Positions 29,773 through 37,946 of a DNA stretch of 57,446 bases are shown piece after piece. The position numbers and the translations under genes were made by a program. How positions within the stretch are numbered: the first letter of the stretch is position 1; each line of letters opens with the position of its first letter. The notes beneath the pieces were generated by a model. It did not search any database. It was given only the letters and a program-made list of their open reading frames with translations, and had not been told where the DNA came from. Origin of the DNA: a virus (lineage: Duplodnaviria > Caudoviricetes); the IMG/VR virus record IMGVR_UViG_3300035139_000059, positions 1 through 57,446 of that record. One strand, written 5' to 3'.

Positions 29773-30549
29773 GTGCATAGAATTGAAGGCGCTAATGTAG
29801 ACTGGGAAAACGGGCGATCTTTTTTTCGTTCTGATCCTCCTTATACTGTCGTGACGCCAGAGTGGCTGACTGCTGTTCAAGAAGAAATAATGAATGTTTT
29901 ATCAGGCTTAGGTCTTCCGGTTTTGGGTCAGGCAAATGATACACACGATCAACTGTATACGGCAATAAATGGGTTATCTTCAGTTCCTGTAGGGTCGATA
30001 ATAGCGTGGTTACCTGGTTATTTCACAGACGGGGTAAATGGTGGCTATACCGCAGTTACTGATGTAGAACTTCCCAACAACTGGAAAGAATGCACTGGCG
30101 CTAATGTTAATGATTCTGCAAGTCCTATTTATAATGGCGCAGGGCGTTATTTGCCTAATTTAACAGATGACAGGTTTTTAATGGGTGATATTGCAGGTAG
30201 TGCAGGTGGAATTGGTGGAACTGATACACAGACACATAATATTCCGGCTCATTATCATGGGATGGGTACAGGTGCAACTTTGAATATTACTGCAAGCGGT
30301 AGCCACTTTCATAATGTTTGTACACAAAATACAGGTGGCTTAAGCCTTAATACATTATATAATAGTAGTTCCGGTTCCGCAGCAGCTCAAAATACAGATT
30401 CAAAAACACACACGCATGGTTCAGGTAATTTTTCTGGAGTGATAGGACTAGTTACAGGTGGTGTTAATGGTAATGCTTCTATGACAAGTGGATCATCGGA
30501 TAATAAACCAAAATATTTATCAGTTAGATATATACAAAGGATTAGATGA
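29773..30549 (+). CDS. Second tail fibre, paralogous N-terminus
   Basis: MHRIEG..TVVTPEWL..QEEIMNV is shared with 28523. It has a collar-like PVGSI..LPNLTD.RFLMG and HxH repeats. Confidence 0.82.
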   Translation: MHRIEGANVDWENGRSFFRSDPPYTVVTPEWLTAVQEEIMNVLSGLGLPVLGQANDTHDQLYTAINGLSSVPVGSIIAWLPGYFTDGVNGGYTAVTDVELPNNWKECTGANVNDSASPIYNGAGRYLPNLTDDRFLMGDIAGSAGGIGGTDTQTHNIPAHYHGMGTGATLNITASGSHFHNVCTQNTGGLSLNTLYNSSSGSAAAQNTDSKTHTHGSGNFSGVIGLVTGGVNGNASMTSGSSDNKPKYLSVRYIQRIR

Positions 30550-30794
30550 TGATAACATATAAAGTAAAATATAAACAAAAAGGCAGTTTTTTTTGGAAAA
30601 CTATTCGTAAAATTAAAGGCGATGGCGTGGTCAATGAAAATAAGGTAGCACGATATTTCATCCGTGAGAATGAAGAAAGAATCGAAATTCCATGTCATGA
30701 TACTATATTTAAATTTAGCAAAGAAAGGTGGATGTTAATTTCTCAACGTATGAATGCCGAGGCGGGTCAAGCTATCTCAATTGATAAAAGATAA
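30546..30794 (+). CDS. Hypothetical protein after the fibre genes
   Basis: 82-aa ORF overlapping the fibre stop codon. Confidence 0.6.
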   Translation: MMITYKVKYKQKGSFFWKTIRKIKGDGVVNENKVARYFIRENEERIEIPCHDTIFKFSKERWMLISQRMNAEAGQAISIDKR

Positions 30795-30833
30795 CTGGCC
30801 AAGAAATAAAAATAAAAAAAAGGTGAATTTTAA

Positions 30834-31358
30834 ATGAACAATGTTTTATTAACTAATATCATCATGGGTATTTTTGGATTTTTTATTACTTCTTTAGTTG
30901 GATTATTAATTTATATTTATAGAGGAAATTTAAAAAATTTTACCAAACATGTAAAAGAAGATGAAGATACAAAAAAAGATTTAGTTAATATATTAAATAG
31001 AAAAATGACTAAAGAAGAATGTGAGATTAGACAACAATATATTGATTATGCATTAAATGCGTGGCAAAATAAAACAAAAGATGATTTTATTTCAATTAAA
31101 GACATTGTTACAAATGCAATAAATAGACAAGGAAAAAATATTGATAAATTATTTGATAAATTTGAACATTTTCAAAAGGATTTAGGAATTAAATTCGAGA
31201 ATTTGCAAAAAGATTTTCGAGAATATATTTATGATAAAGAAAAAAAGGATAATGAATATAAATTGGAAATGAAAGGCAAAGTAACTAAAATGGAAAATAT
31301 AATTGAAAATTTTATTATAAATACAACAACAAAAAAAATACAAGAATTAAAAAATTAA
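30834..31358 (+). CDS. Single-TM coiled-coil protein (possible holin/lysis accessory)
   Basis: N-terminal TM helix and a charged helical remainder, at the end of the late operon. Confidence 0.55.
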   Translation: MNNVLLTNIIMGIFGFFITSLVGLLIYIYRGNLKNFTKHVKEDEDTKKDLVNILNRKMTKEECEIRQQYIDYALNAWQNKTKDDFISIKDIVTNAINRQGKNIDKLFDKFEHFQKDLGIKFENLQKDFREYIYDKEKKDNEYKLEMKGKVTKMENIIENFIINTTTKKIQELKN

Positions 31359-31374
31359 CAAAAATCTAATTAAA

Positions 31375-32052
31375 TTAATTATTTTTATAAAGATTTTTTA
31401 TTTTTAAAATATCAATTTCCGATAATTCATCGGAATATATTTGTTCTGGCATTTCTATCGTTTTTTTATTATTTTTAGAAAATGAATAACTTCTATAATG
31501 TAAAATAGATTTATAGTCATATTTGTATTTAAGAGGATCATATATATATTCATTTTTATCATAAATAATTGTAAAATTATTTATTTTATTATTTTTAATA
31601 TTTTCAAAATTAATTTTAATATATTGATCTCTATCTGGACGCTGATGCTCATGGCGAAATCCCAAGCAATGCATTAGTTCATGATTAATATGTTTTTTAT
31701 TAACTGTTTTTAATGTTATATAAGAAATTTCTGAACAACCTATTATTGAATAATTTTTATTTTCTTTAACTATTTTTACTATATATTTATTTTTATTTTC
31801 TGCTTTATTTTCTATAAAAAAAATACAATCTGTTCTATATTCTATAATATCCATACATTTTCGAATAAGTTTTTTTTCATCTTCAGAAAACCAATATAAT
31901 TTATAATATACTATTCCATTTTCCCATTTTTTAAGTGGAATATTAATATTAATTGCATTTTTTATATCTTTTTCGGAAATATCTATATATTCGCATTTTA
32001 TTATTAATAAAAAAGTTATAAATATAAATATTATTTTAAATAAATTATTCAT
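31375..32052 (-). CDS. Astacin-family (M12A) zinc metalloprotease with signal or lipoprotein peptide
   Basis: HELMHCLGFRHEHQRPDRD zinc motif, YDYKSILHY at the Met-turn position, and a hydrophobic leader ending in Cys20. Confidence 0.88.
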   Translation of the reverse strand: MNNLFKIIFIFITFLLIIKCEYIDISEKDIKNAININIPLKKWENGIVYYKLYWFSEDEKKLIRKCMDIIEYRTDCIFFIENKAENKNKYIVKIVKENKNYSIIGCSEISYITLKTVNKKHINHELMHCLGFRHEHQRPDRDQYIKINFENIKNNKINNFTIIYDKNEYIYDPLKYKYDYKSILHYRSYSFSKNNKKTIEMPEQIYSDELSEIDILKIKNLYKNN

Positions 32053-32248
32053 TTTTAATTCCTTTAATTTTATTTAATTTTTTATAAAAATTTTTTAAAC
32101 ATTGAATTTTTTCAATTTTTTGTTTTAAATTTTTAATTTCTTTTTTTGTACTTAAATATAATCTTTTATTTTTTATATCAATAATATAGTTTATTTTTTC
32201 ACTCATATTATTTTTTATATCAATAATATAGTTTATTTTTTCATTCAT
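32045..32248 (-). CDS. Hypothetical protein with a duplicated 14-aa N-terminus
   Basis: MNEKINYIIDIKNN / MSEKINYIIDIKNK. Confidence 0.5.
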   Translation of the reverse strand: MNEKINYIIDIKNNMSEKINYIIDIKNKRLYLSTKKEIKNLKQKIEKIQCLKNFYKKLNKIKGIKNE

Positions 32249-32249
32249 A
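32166..32249. repeat. 42-bp tandem duplication
   Basis: Two adjacent 42-bp units (32166-32207 and 32208-32249) with one mismatch. Confidence 0.85.
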
Positions 32250-32426
32250 ATTAAATTCCTTGTTTATTGTATTAACTATATTGTCGATACTTTTTTTAAG
32301 TTTATTATAAGCTTTAATTAAATATTCTATTTTTTCAATCGCTTTTATAGTTTCTTTATTTTTAATATAACTTAATTTATAAGTTGTATTATCTATTTTA
32401 AAAGATTTAATTTTAATTTCATTCAT
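32241..32426 (-). CDS. Hypothetical protein, first gene downstream of the ribozyme
   Basis: Strong AAGGAGGA RBS at 32432-32439 (minus strand). Confidence 0.6.
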   Translation of the reverse strand: MNEIKIKSFKIDNTTYKLSYIKNKETIKAIEKIEYLIKAYNKLKKSIDNIVNTINKEFNYE

Positions 32427-32446
32427 AATAATCCTCCTTTTTAGGG

Positions 32447-32472
32447 AGCGCCCCTGGGCGGGTAGGGGCGCT
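32447..32472 (-). promoter_or_regulatory. GC-rich stem-loop between the ribozyme and the RBS
   Basis: Perfect 9-bp stem AGCGCCCCT/AGGGGCGCT with an 8-nt loop. There is no U-tract in the transcribed direction. Confidence 0.6.
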
Positions 32473-32483
32473 TAGAAATTATG

Positions 32484-32537
32484 ATCTTCTCTCTGCATTT
32501 ACCCGGACTTGAGACCGGCCTCGGTTGCATTAAAGAT
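32484..32537 (-). ncRNA. Twister self-cleaving ribozyme (type P1)
   Basis: RNA AUCUU-UAA-UGCA-ACC-GAG-G-CCGG-UCUCAAGU-CCGG-GUAAA-UGCA-GAG-AG-AAGAU. P1, P2, P4 and both pseudoknots pair, and the conserved UAA, CAAG and GAG are present. Confidence 0.92.
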
Positions 32538-32538
32538 T

Positions 32539-32556
32539 CTAGCCCCGAAGGGCTAG
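32539..32556 (-). promoter_or_regulatory. C(UUCG)G tetraloop hairpin immediately 5' of the ribozyme
   Basis: CUAGCCC-UUCG-GGGCUAG, with a near-identical copy at 39951-39968. Confidence 0.75.
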
Positions 32557-32568
32557 TTTTGATTTAAA

Positions 32569-32841
32569 TTATCTATCTCCCCAAATTCGCAAACCTTTTT
32601 TTCGCAAGTTTTCTTCAATCTTTCGAGTATTTTTGTATAAATACTTTTCTGAAGTAGTTCTATCATAATAACACATTTCTTGAAAATTCTTATCATTATC
32701 TAATTCAAAGATCGCTTCTCTGATTGATTCTTTAATTGTTTTATGATGCCCGTATCTTGTCCCGTAAGGATAATCCATCACCGTTCTAATCATTTTTTTG
32801 GTAACTGTATCTGCTGATTGTTCTTTTGTTAATTTAGTCAT
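32569..32841 (-). CDS. Hypothetical early protein (cassette 1 cargo)
   Basis: GGAGG RBS. It lies between promoter repeat copy 1 and the hairpin/ribozyme. Confidence 0.75.
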   Translation of the reverse strand: MTKLTKEQSADTVTKKMIRTVMDYPYGTRYGHHKTIKESIREAIFELDNDKNFQEMCYYDRTTSEKYLYKNTRKIEENLRKKGLRIWGDR

Positions 32842-32853
32842 AATTTCCTCCCT

Positions 32854-32967
32854 GGCCGAAGCCTTTTATAATTTCTATATACAATATACTAAATTATTAT
32901 AATTTTGTCAATTATTTTTTTTTTTTTTATAAATAATTTTATAAAAATGTTTTATAATTTTTATTTT
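32854..32967 (-). promoter_or_regulatory. 114-bp repeated sigma70 promoter element, copy 1
   Basis: An A14 tract, TTGACA (32911-32906), a 17-bp spacer and TATATT, then GGC-TTCG-GCC. It is the reverse complement of 39141-39254. Confidence 0.88.
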
Positions 32968-33464
32968 TTGTATTCTCTTAAATATTTAGCAATAAATAAT
33001 CCATCTGCGTCTTTTTGTTGTATTATTTCGTCTTTCATTTCTGGAAAAATTCTAATTCCAATATCACGAGATATTTTTTTTAAATTTACTGATCCTTTAA
33101 TTCCTTTAGGAAAATATATTTTTTGCCATGTTTTTGAATCTATATATATATAAGATAATAATAATTGTTCGATGGCAATAAGCTGCGATTCTAAACATCG
33201 TGAGGCACTAATAGTAGCTTTAAATCGTGTATGATTTATCATCGGCCTTTCTAATGCAATTTTACAATTTCCTTGATGTTTTAAAGCATTGAGTAAATTA
33301 AAAAAATTATCAAAACATATTCTTGTTATTTGTTGTTTAGTTTTTGTATAAGATTGTTCTGTTTTAATAGGAATTTTAATTAATTTGTATTTTTCTGTTT
33401 TATTATAAATTATTCCAATTGAACCAGTAACTCCGTTATCTATTCCTATATAAATTTTTTGCAT
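32961..33464 (-). CDS. RuvC-like Holliday junction resolvase
   Basis: IGIDNG, IALERP, W.K and DADGLFIA acidic motifs of phage RuvC-like nucleases. Confidence 0.78.
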   Translation of the reverse strand: MQKIYIGIDNGVTGSIGIIYNKTEKYKLIKIPIKTEQSYTKTKQQITRICFDNFFNLLNALKHQGNCKIALERPMINHTRFKATISASRCLESQLIAIEQLLLSYIYIDSKTWQKIYFPKGIKGSVNLKKISRDIGIRIFPEMKDEIIQQKDADGLFIAKYLREYKK

Positions 33465-33469
33465 TATTT

Positions 33470-33634
33470 TTATTTATTTAAATATTTTTCTATTGCTAAA
33501 TCAATATAATCTTCTAAAATTTGTGTAGCTGTAAAAGATTTTTTCCATTTTCTATCATTAGCAATTTTTTTAATTTTTTCATATGTTTTTTCTGAAATAG
33601 TTGGATGAATTTGACCCTGAATTTTTTTTGTCAT
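33470..33634 (-). CDS. 54-aa ribbon-helix-helix (Arc/CopG-like) regulator, not in ORF track
   Basis: MTKKIQGQIHPTISEKTYEKLKKIANDRKWKKSFTATQILEDYIDLAIEKYLNK*, with an AGGAG RBS and a strand-helix-helix pattern. Confidence 0.6.
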   Translation of the reverse strand: MTKKIQGQIHPTISEKTYEKIKKIANDRKWKKSFTATQILEDYIDLAIEKYLNK

Positions 33635-33659
33635 TTGTTTTCTCCTATTTTTTATGTCT

Positions 33660-33746
33660 AAGGTAATATTATTTTATATATATGTCAAATATTTTTTATA
33701 AAATCAAAAAAATTCCTTGACAAAATTAAAAAAATTTTATTTATTT
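33660..33746. promoter_or_regulatory. Back-to-back promoter region of the early divergence point
   Basis: TTGACA on the minus strand (33688-33683) and on the plus strand (33717-33722), between divergent genes. The -10 boxes are imperfect. Confidence 0.45.
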
Positions 33747-33787
33747 AAAGAGAATAAAAAAATATTTTTTAAAAAAGGGGGCTATAT

Positions 33788-34075
33788 ATGTTAAACATGG
33801 CAATGAATATTGATAATGTAGAAGATATTTTTGTATATTTAAAAAGTTTTTATTTTCAATATGAAAATTATAAAAAAGCTAAAAATGTAAAAATGGAAAT
33901 AATGTATCAGGAAGTTATGCTTGAATTATTTTTATTTTTAATAAATGATACGGAAAACAGTTTAAAAAGATATATTAATCAAAAATTGTTATGTCTGGAA
34001 GGTGATAAAAAATGGCTTTGTTCAGAAATGGGAATAAAAGCATTAAAAGAATTATTAAAAATAGTTAAATTTTAA
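33788..34075 (+). CDS. Hypothetical protein
   Basis: First gene of the rightward early operon, with a GGGGG RBS-like sequence. Confidence 0.6.
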   Translation: MLNMAMNIDNVEDIFVYLKSFYFQYENYKKAKNVKMEIMYQEVMLELFLFLINDTENSLKRYINQKLLCLEGDKKWLCSEMGIKALKELLKIVKF

Positions 34076-34082
34076 AAAAAAT

Positions 34083-34322
34083 ATGAAAAAAATTAAAATA
34101 TATACAAATGGAAAAAGATATATTAAGTTTTTTTCTGAAACAGAAATAGAAAAAGATAAAGATGGAATTTATGAGGAAATAAATAAAATAATTAATGATA
34201 ATTTATTTTTAGAAAAAATAAATATTATGATAAATAATAATATTATAACAATAGATGAAATTGTTGATTATTTTAAAGAAATATTAGAATTTAATTTAAT
34301 TAAAAATACAAAAAAAATATAG
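34083..34322 (+). CDS. Hypothetical protein
   Basis: 79-aa ORF in operon context. Confidence 0.5.
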   Translation: MKKIKIYTNGKRYIKFFSETEIEKDKDGIYEEINKIINDNLFLEKINIMINNNIITIDEIVDYFKEILEFNLIKNTKKI

Positions 34323-34330
34323 AGGCTAGC

Positions 34331-35467
34331 ATGAATAATATAGAAATAAAAACCGTAGAAAAAATATTACCGGATTTTATAAATGAAAATTGGTTAATTG
34401 AGCCAGAATACTATAATTATAGGATAAATTATAATGGCCAACGTTTTTATGCCAGATGCTATGAAAATAGATTAGAAAATGGCGAGATAGAATATAATGT
34501 ATTAACGGCACCTTCTTTTTCTGCAATATATAATAAAGTTGTTCCATTAGGATACGGACTTCAGGAATGGTATAAAAATTTAACAAAAGAGCAGATAGAA
34601 TTTAATTCACATAATTCTGCTATATACGGGACTATATTCCATATTTTATGCGGACGTATTTTGCGAGGAGAAAAAATTTTAGTAGATGAATTATATATAA
34701 ATACAGAAATAGAAAGATATTGCCAGGAAGAAGATGAAAATTTAGAAGATTTAAAGAAATGGATTAAAAATGAAAAACGTCGATTATTATTAGATTTACT
34801 GGCGTTTACAAAATGGATTAAAGATTTTAAGGTAATCCCTATAGCAATAGAATATCCTGTTTTTTCTGATAAATGCGCTGGGACTATAGATTTGATCGCC
34901 AAGATAATTGTTCCACTAAAATATACAAAAGATGAACTTGTAGAAATAGCGATGAAAAAATATCCCATATGGCGGCCTATAAGCACCAAAGCCTATACGA
35001 GCTCTTCCGAAAGTTCCATTAGAAAATTAACTAAAGAACAAATAATAGAAAAATGCGATATAAAAAGAAATGGTGAATATATTGCGCTTATAGATTTAAA
35101 ATCGGGGCAAAAAGGATTTTGGGAAACCAATGCGATGCAATTATATCAGTATGCGAAATGTTGGAATGAAGAATATCCAGATTTAAAAATAACAAAATTA
35201 TTTAATTATGGATGTGATAATTACAGACTTCCTAATGTTAAATACAGGTTTAAAGATCAGACAGATAATAAAAAAATATTTAAAAAATGGGATAAATATG
35301 TAGAAATTTATTATGTAGATGAGCCTTCAAAACCAGAAAAAATGTATGAATTAAATTCCGCCGAATATTTTGATCCAGAAAAAATTGATGATCTTGTGAT
35401 TGAATTTGATCCTTTACAAAGAATAATTGAAATAATAAAAGGGGAAAAAGAAAAAGAGGAATTTTAA
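34331..35467 (+). CDS. PD-(D/E)XK exonuclease-like recombination protein
   Basis: GTIFH, IEYPV..AGTIDLI, IDLKSG and QLYQY motifs. Confidence 0.78.
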   Translation: MNNIEIKTVEKILPDFINENWLIEPEYYNYRINYNGQRFYARCYENRLENGEIEYNVLTAPSFSAIYNKVVPLGYGLQEWYKNLTKEQIEFNSHNSAIYGTIFHILCGRILRGEKILVDELYINTEIERYCQEEDENLEDLKKWIKNEKRRLLLDLLAFTKWIKDFKVIPIAIEYPVFSDKCAGTIDLIAKIIVPLKYTKDELVEIAMKKYPIWRPISTKAYTSSSESSIRKLTKEQIIEKCDIKRNGEYIALIDLKSGQKGFWETNAMQLYQYAKCWNEEYPDLKITKLFNYGCDNYRLPNVKYRFKDQTDNKKIFKKWDKYVEIYYVDEPSKPEKMYELNSAEYFDPEKIDDLVIEFDPLQRIIEIIKGEKEKEEF

Positions 35468-35469
35468 AA

Positions 35470-36171
35470 ATGAGAATAAAAAATAACACAACAAAAATGC
35501 CAGTAATAGGCAAAATAAAAGTTGGTGAAAGAAATGAAAATGGATATCCAATTTCTTTAGATTATTTTAGAGCAACAGGAAAACATAAAAATGAATTTTA
35601 TAGAATTTTTGGTGAAAAGCCTAACAATATTAAAATACTTTTTCTTGATGATGATAATAGTATTGATGTAAGATATGAATTAAGGCAAGGGAAAAAACTA
35701 TACGCATATTCAGATGGCGAAAATGTTTTTGCATATCATAAAGAATTAGATAAATATGCTTTACAAGAAAAACCTTTTATTGATTTAGAAGAAAAATATG
35801 TAAAAATTATTGGAAATGAATGGGAAAAAATTTTAAGACTATATTTTTTAATCCTGGAAATAAAAATTTGGGGATTATGGTGTTTTGAAACAAAAGGGGT
35901 TGAATCAACTATACCTCAGATCGAGGGTAGTTATGATTCTGTATATGCCAGAGCTGGCACTGTGGTAAATATTCCATTTGATTTAGAAGTTAAGAAAGTT
36001 GTTTCACAAAAGCCAGATAGTAAAAATAGTTATCCTGTAGTTAGTTTAACAGCTAATTTAAGTGAACCGTCATTAGAAAAAATAAGAAATGCAATAATGA
36101 ATGACGTACAAATAAATGGAATGATAACAGAAGAAAAATTAAATCGAATTGGGTTTAAGGGGGAGAATTAA
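35470..36171 (+). CDS. Gp3-like / recombination-directionality-factor-like protein, probable annealing partner of the exonuclease
   Basis: MP.IGKIKVG..YP..LDYF, L.F.I..G.W.F.TK and IPF.L..V..YPVV, adjacent to the exonuclease. Confidence 0.6.
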   Translation: MRIKNNTTKMPVIGKIKVGERNENGYPISLDYFRATGKHKNEFYRIFGEKPNNIKILFLDDDNSIDVRYELRQGKKLYAYSDGENVFAYHKELDKYALQEKPFIDLEEKYVKIIGNEWEKILRLYFLILEIKIWGLWCFETKGVESTIPQIEGSYDSVYARAGTVVNIPFDLEVKKVVSQKPDSKNSYPVVSLTANLSEPSLEKIRNAIMNDVQINGMITEEKLNRIGFKGEN

Positions 36172-36172
36172 T

Positions 36173-36448
36173 ATGTTAACAAAACAAAAATTGATGGATA
36201 TGCAAAATAATAATATTTTTGCTTTGGGAGAAATTGAACATAAAAAATATCCAAATTTGATAGCAGATACAGAGATTATAAGATGGATCGCAATACGTGG
36301 AGATTTTTATGATTGGGCTATCTATTATGATGATTATGACAAAACAATTGAAGAGATTGCTAAAAAAGGAAGAAAATGTATTTCTCAAAATTTAATAAGG
36401 ACATTAGTTTTTTGCGATGAAGAAGCATTTAAATTATACAGATTTTAA
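36173..36448 (+). CDS. Hypothetical protein (probable start ATG 36173)
   Basis: GGGGAG RBS and RWIAIRG..DWAIY. Confidence 0.65.
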   Translation: MLTKQKLMDMQNNNIFALGEIEHKKYPNLIADTEIIRWIAIRGDFYDWAIYYDDYDKTIEEIAKKGRKCISQNLIRTLVFCDEEAFKLYRF

Positions 36449-36776
36449 TAATAAAATTTTAAAAGGGGAAAATATTAAGATGATATAATTATTTAATATA
36501 AAGGAGAATAAATTTAAAAGAGGTGAAAATAATATGGAAATTTTTATAATATTTTTACTGTGGGTAATTGTTTTTATTTGTTTAAAAATATCAAATCCAA
36601 AATAAAAAAAAGGGGAAAGCTATGTCAGAAAAAGAATTAGAAACTATTTCAGATGAAGCTTTAAAAGAAATGAACAGAGAATTAAGAGAATTTCTGTTAA
36701 AAGAAGATGAAAAATTGCTTGACAAATATATGGATAATAGTTTTTTTAAATTAAAAAAATAGAAAGCATTTCTTTC

Positions 36777-36865
36777 TCTCACCAATGATATGCTTTTTGG
36801 GAAGCTAGCCCCAATTTAATACTGGTGAGACGCCGAAAGGTGAGTATTGAGTTGGGGTTTTTTAT
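36777..36865 (+). terminator. Terminator/antiterminator-like leader upstream of the replication initiator
   Basis: A 16-bp stem (36808-36823/36843-36858) with an inner CGCC-GAAA-GGUG hairpin and a U-tract. TCTCACCA (36777-36784) is complementary to TGGTGAGA (36823-36830). Confidence 0.6.
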
Positions 36866-36928
36866 TTTTATGAGGGTTGAATGGAAGATATACTTCTTTA
36901 TTTCATACGAAAAATAAGTCAGGAGGAC

Positions 36929-37786
36929 ATGAAAATGGATTATAATGAATTTATACGTTTTGAAGAATCACAAAGGGAAAGTATAAGATTAAATAAAATT
37001 TATATAGATATAACTGGAGATCTTGTATCAGGATTACTCTTATCACAAATAATATATTGGAATTTGCCGTCAAAAGTAACAAATATAAAAAGATGTGGTG
37101 AATATTTAGTAAAAAAACGTAGTGATTGGTGGGAAGAAATAAGGATATCCGAAAAACAATACGACAGGGCAATAAATATTTTAAAATCAAAAGGTCTAGT
37201 TACTGTTATAATTAAAAAATCAAACTTTTATATTGGCAACACTGTTCCCCATATAAAGCTTAATTATGACAATTTTATATCAGAGGTGAAAACGAGAATT
37301 GACGAAAGGTCAAAACCAGAATTACCCAAAGGTGAAAACGAGAATTTACCAAAGGTGAAAACGAGAATTGACGAAAGGTCAAAACCTTCTATTACAACTA
37401 CTACTTCAGATAATACGGCAATTATTACTTCAAATATCCCTGAAAAAATAAACCCTGAAATCAAAGAACTAACCGAATATCTCTTTGAACAAATAAAAAC
37501 AAACTCTAATCCACCTAAATGGAACTCAAATTCTCCTAAATTACAAAATTGGTATGACGATATCGAAAAACTTAATCGTATTGATAAAATTGAAATAGAT
37601 CAAATAAAAAAAGTAATTACCTGGTCTACCGCACATAATTTTTGGAAATCAAATATTTTATCCGGCGGTAGTCTACGAAAATATTTTGACAGATTATTTA
37701 TACAAATGGGAAATGAAGGGAAGAGAAATAATAAATTTAATGGAAATAGTCAAGAAGAGATACAGGAGTATTTAAATGGAGAATAA
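36929..37786 (+). CDS. Phage replication initiator (probable start ATG 36929; ORF track start 36881)
   Basis: N-terminal wHTH (ITGDLVSGLLLSQIIYW..WWEE..QYDRA..L), central DNA repeats, and a C-terminal FWKSNILS..LR..FD.L domain. AGGAGG RBS. Confidence 0.82.
   Translation: MKMDYNEFIRFEESQRESIRLNKIYIDITGDLVSGLLLSQIIYWNLPSKVTNIKRCGEYLVKKRSDWWEEIRISEKQYDRAINILKSKGLVTVIIKKSNFYIGNTVPHIKLNYDNFISEVKTRIDERSKPELPKGENENLPKVKTRIDERSKPSITTTTSDNTAIITSNIPEKINPEIKELTEYLFEQIKTNSNPPKWNSNSPKLQNWYDDIEKLNRIDKIEIDQIKKVITWSTAHNFWKSNILSGGSLRKYFDRLFIQMGNEGKRNNKFNGNSQEEIQEYLNGE
37282..37386 (+). repeat. Iteron array (about 4.5 copies of a 23-bp unit), probable replication origin
   Basis: Units of AAAGGTSAAAACSAGAATTNNCN start at 37282, 37305, 37328, 37351 and 37374 (partial). 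The period is not a multiple of 3. Confidence 0.82.
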
Positions 37787-37946
37787 AATGAAATTTTCTA
37801 ATATAACACAACAATATATTATAAATATAGATGGAACACCTAATAATGAATATCCATTAAGAATATAATTGATGAATGAACATTGCGATCAAAGGGCAGA
37901 AATTTTGAAAAAAGCGATAAATATTTTAGAAAAGGAGCTTTGAAAT

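Noticed and set aside
36822-36845. Hammerhead ribozyme (CTGGTGAG...GAAA)
   Set aside because: The core is CUGGUGA rather than CUGAUGA, and stems I and III cannot be formed.
37282-37386. Mini CRISPR array
   Set aside because: The repeats are contiguous with no unique spacers and lie inside the initiator gene, so iterons fit better.
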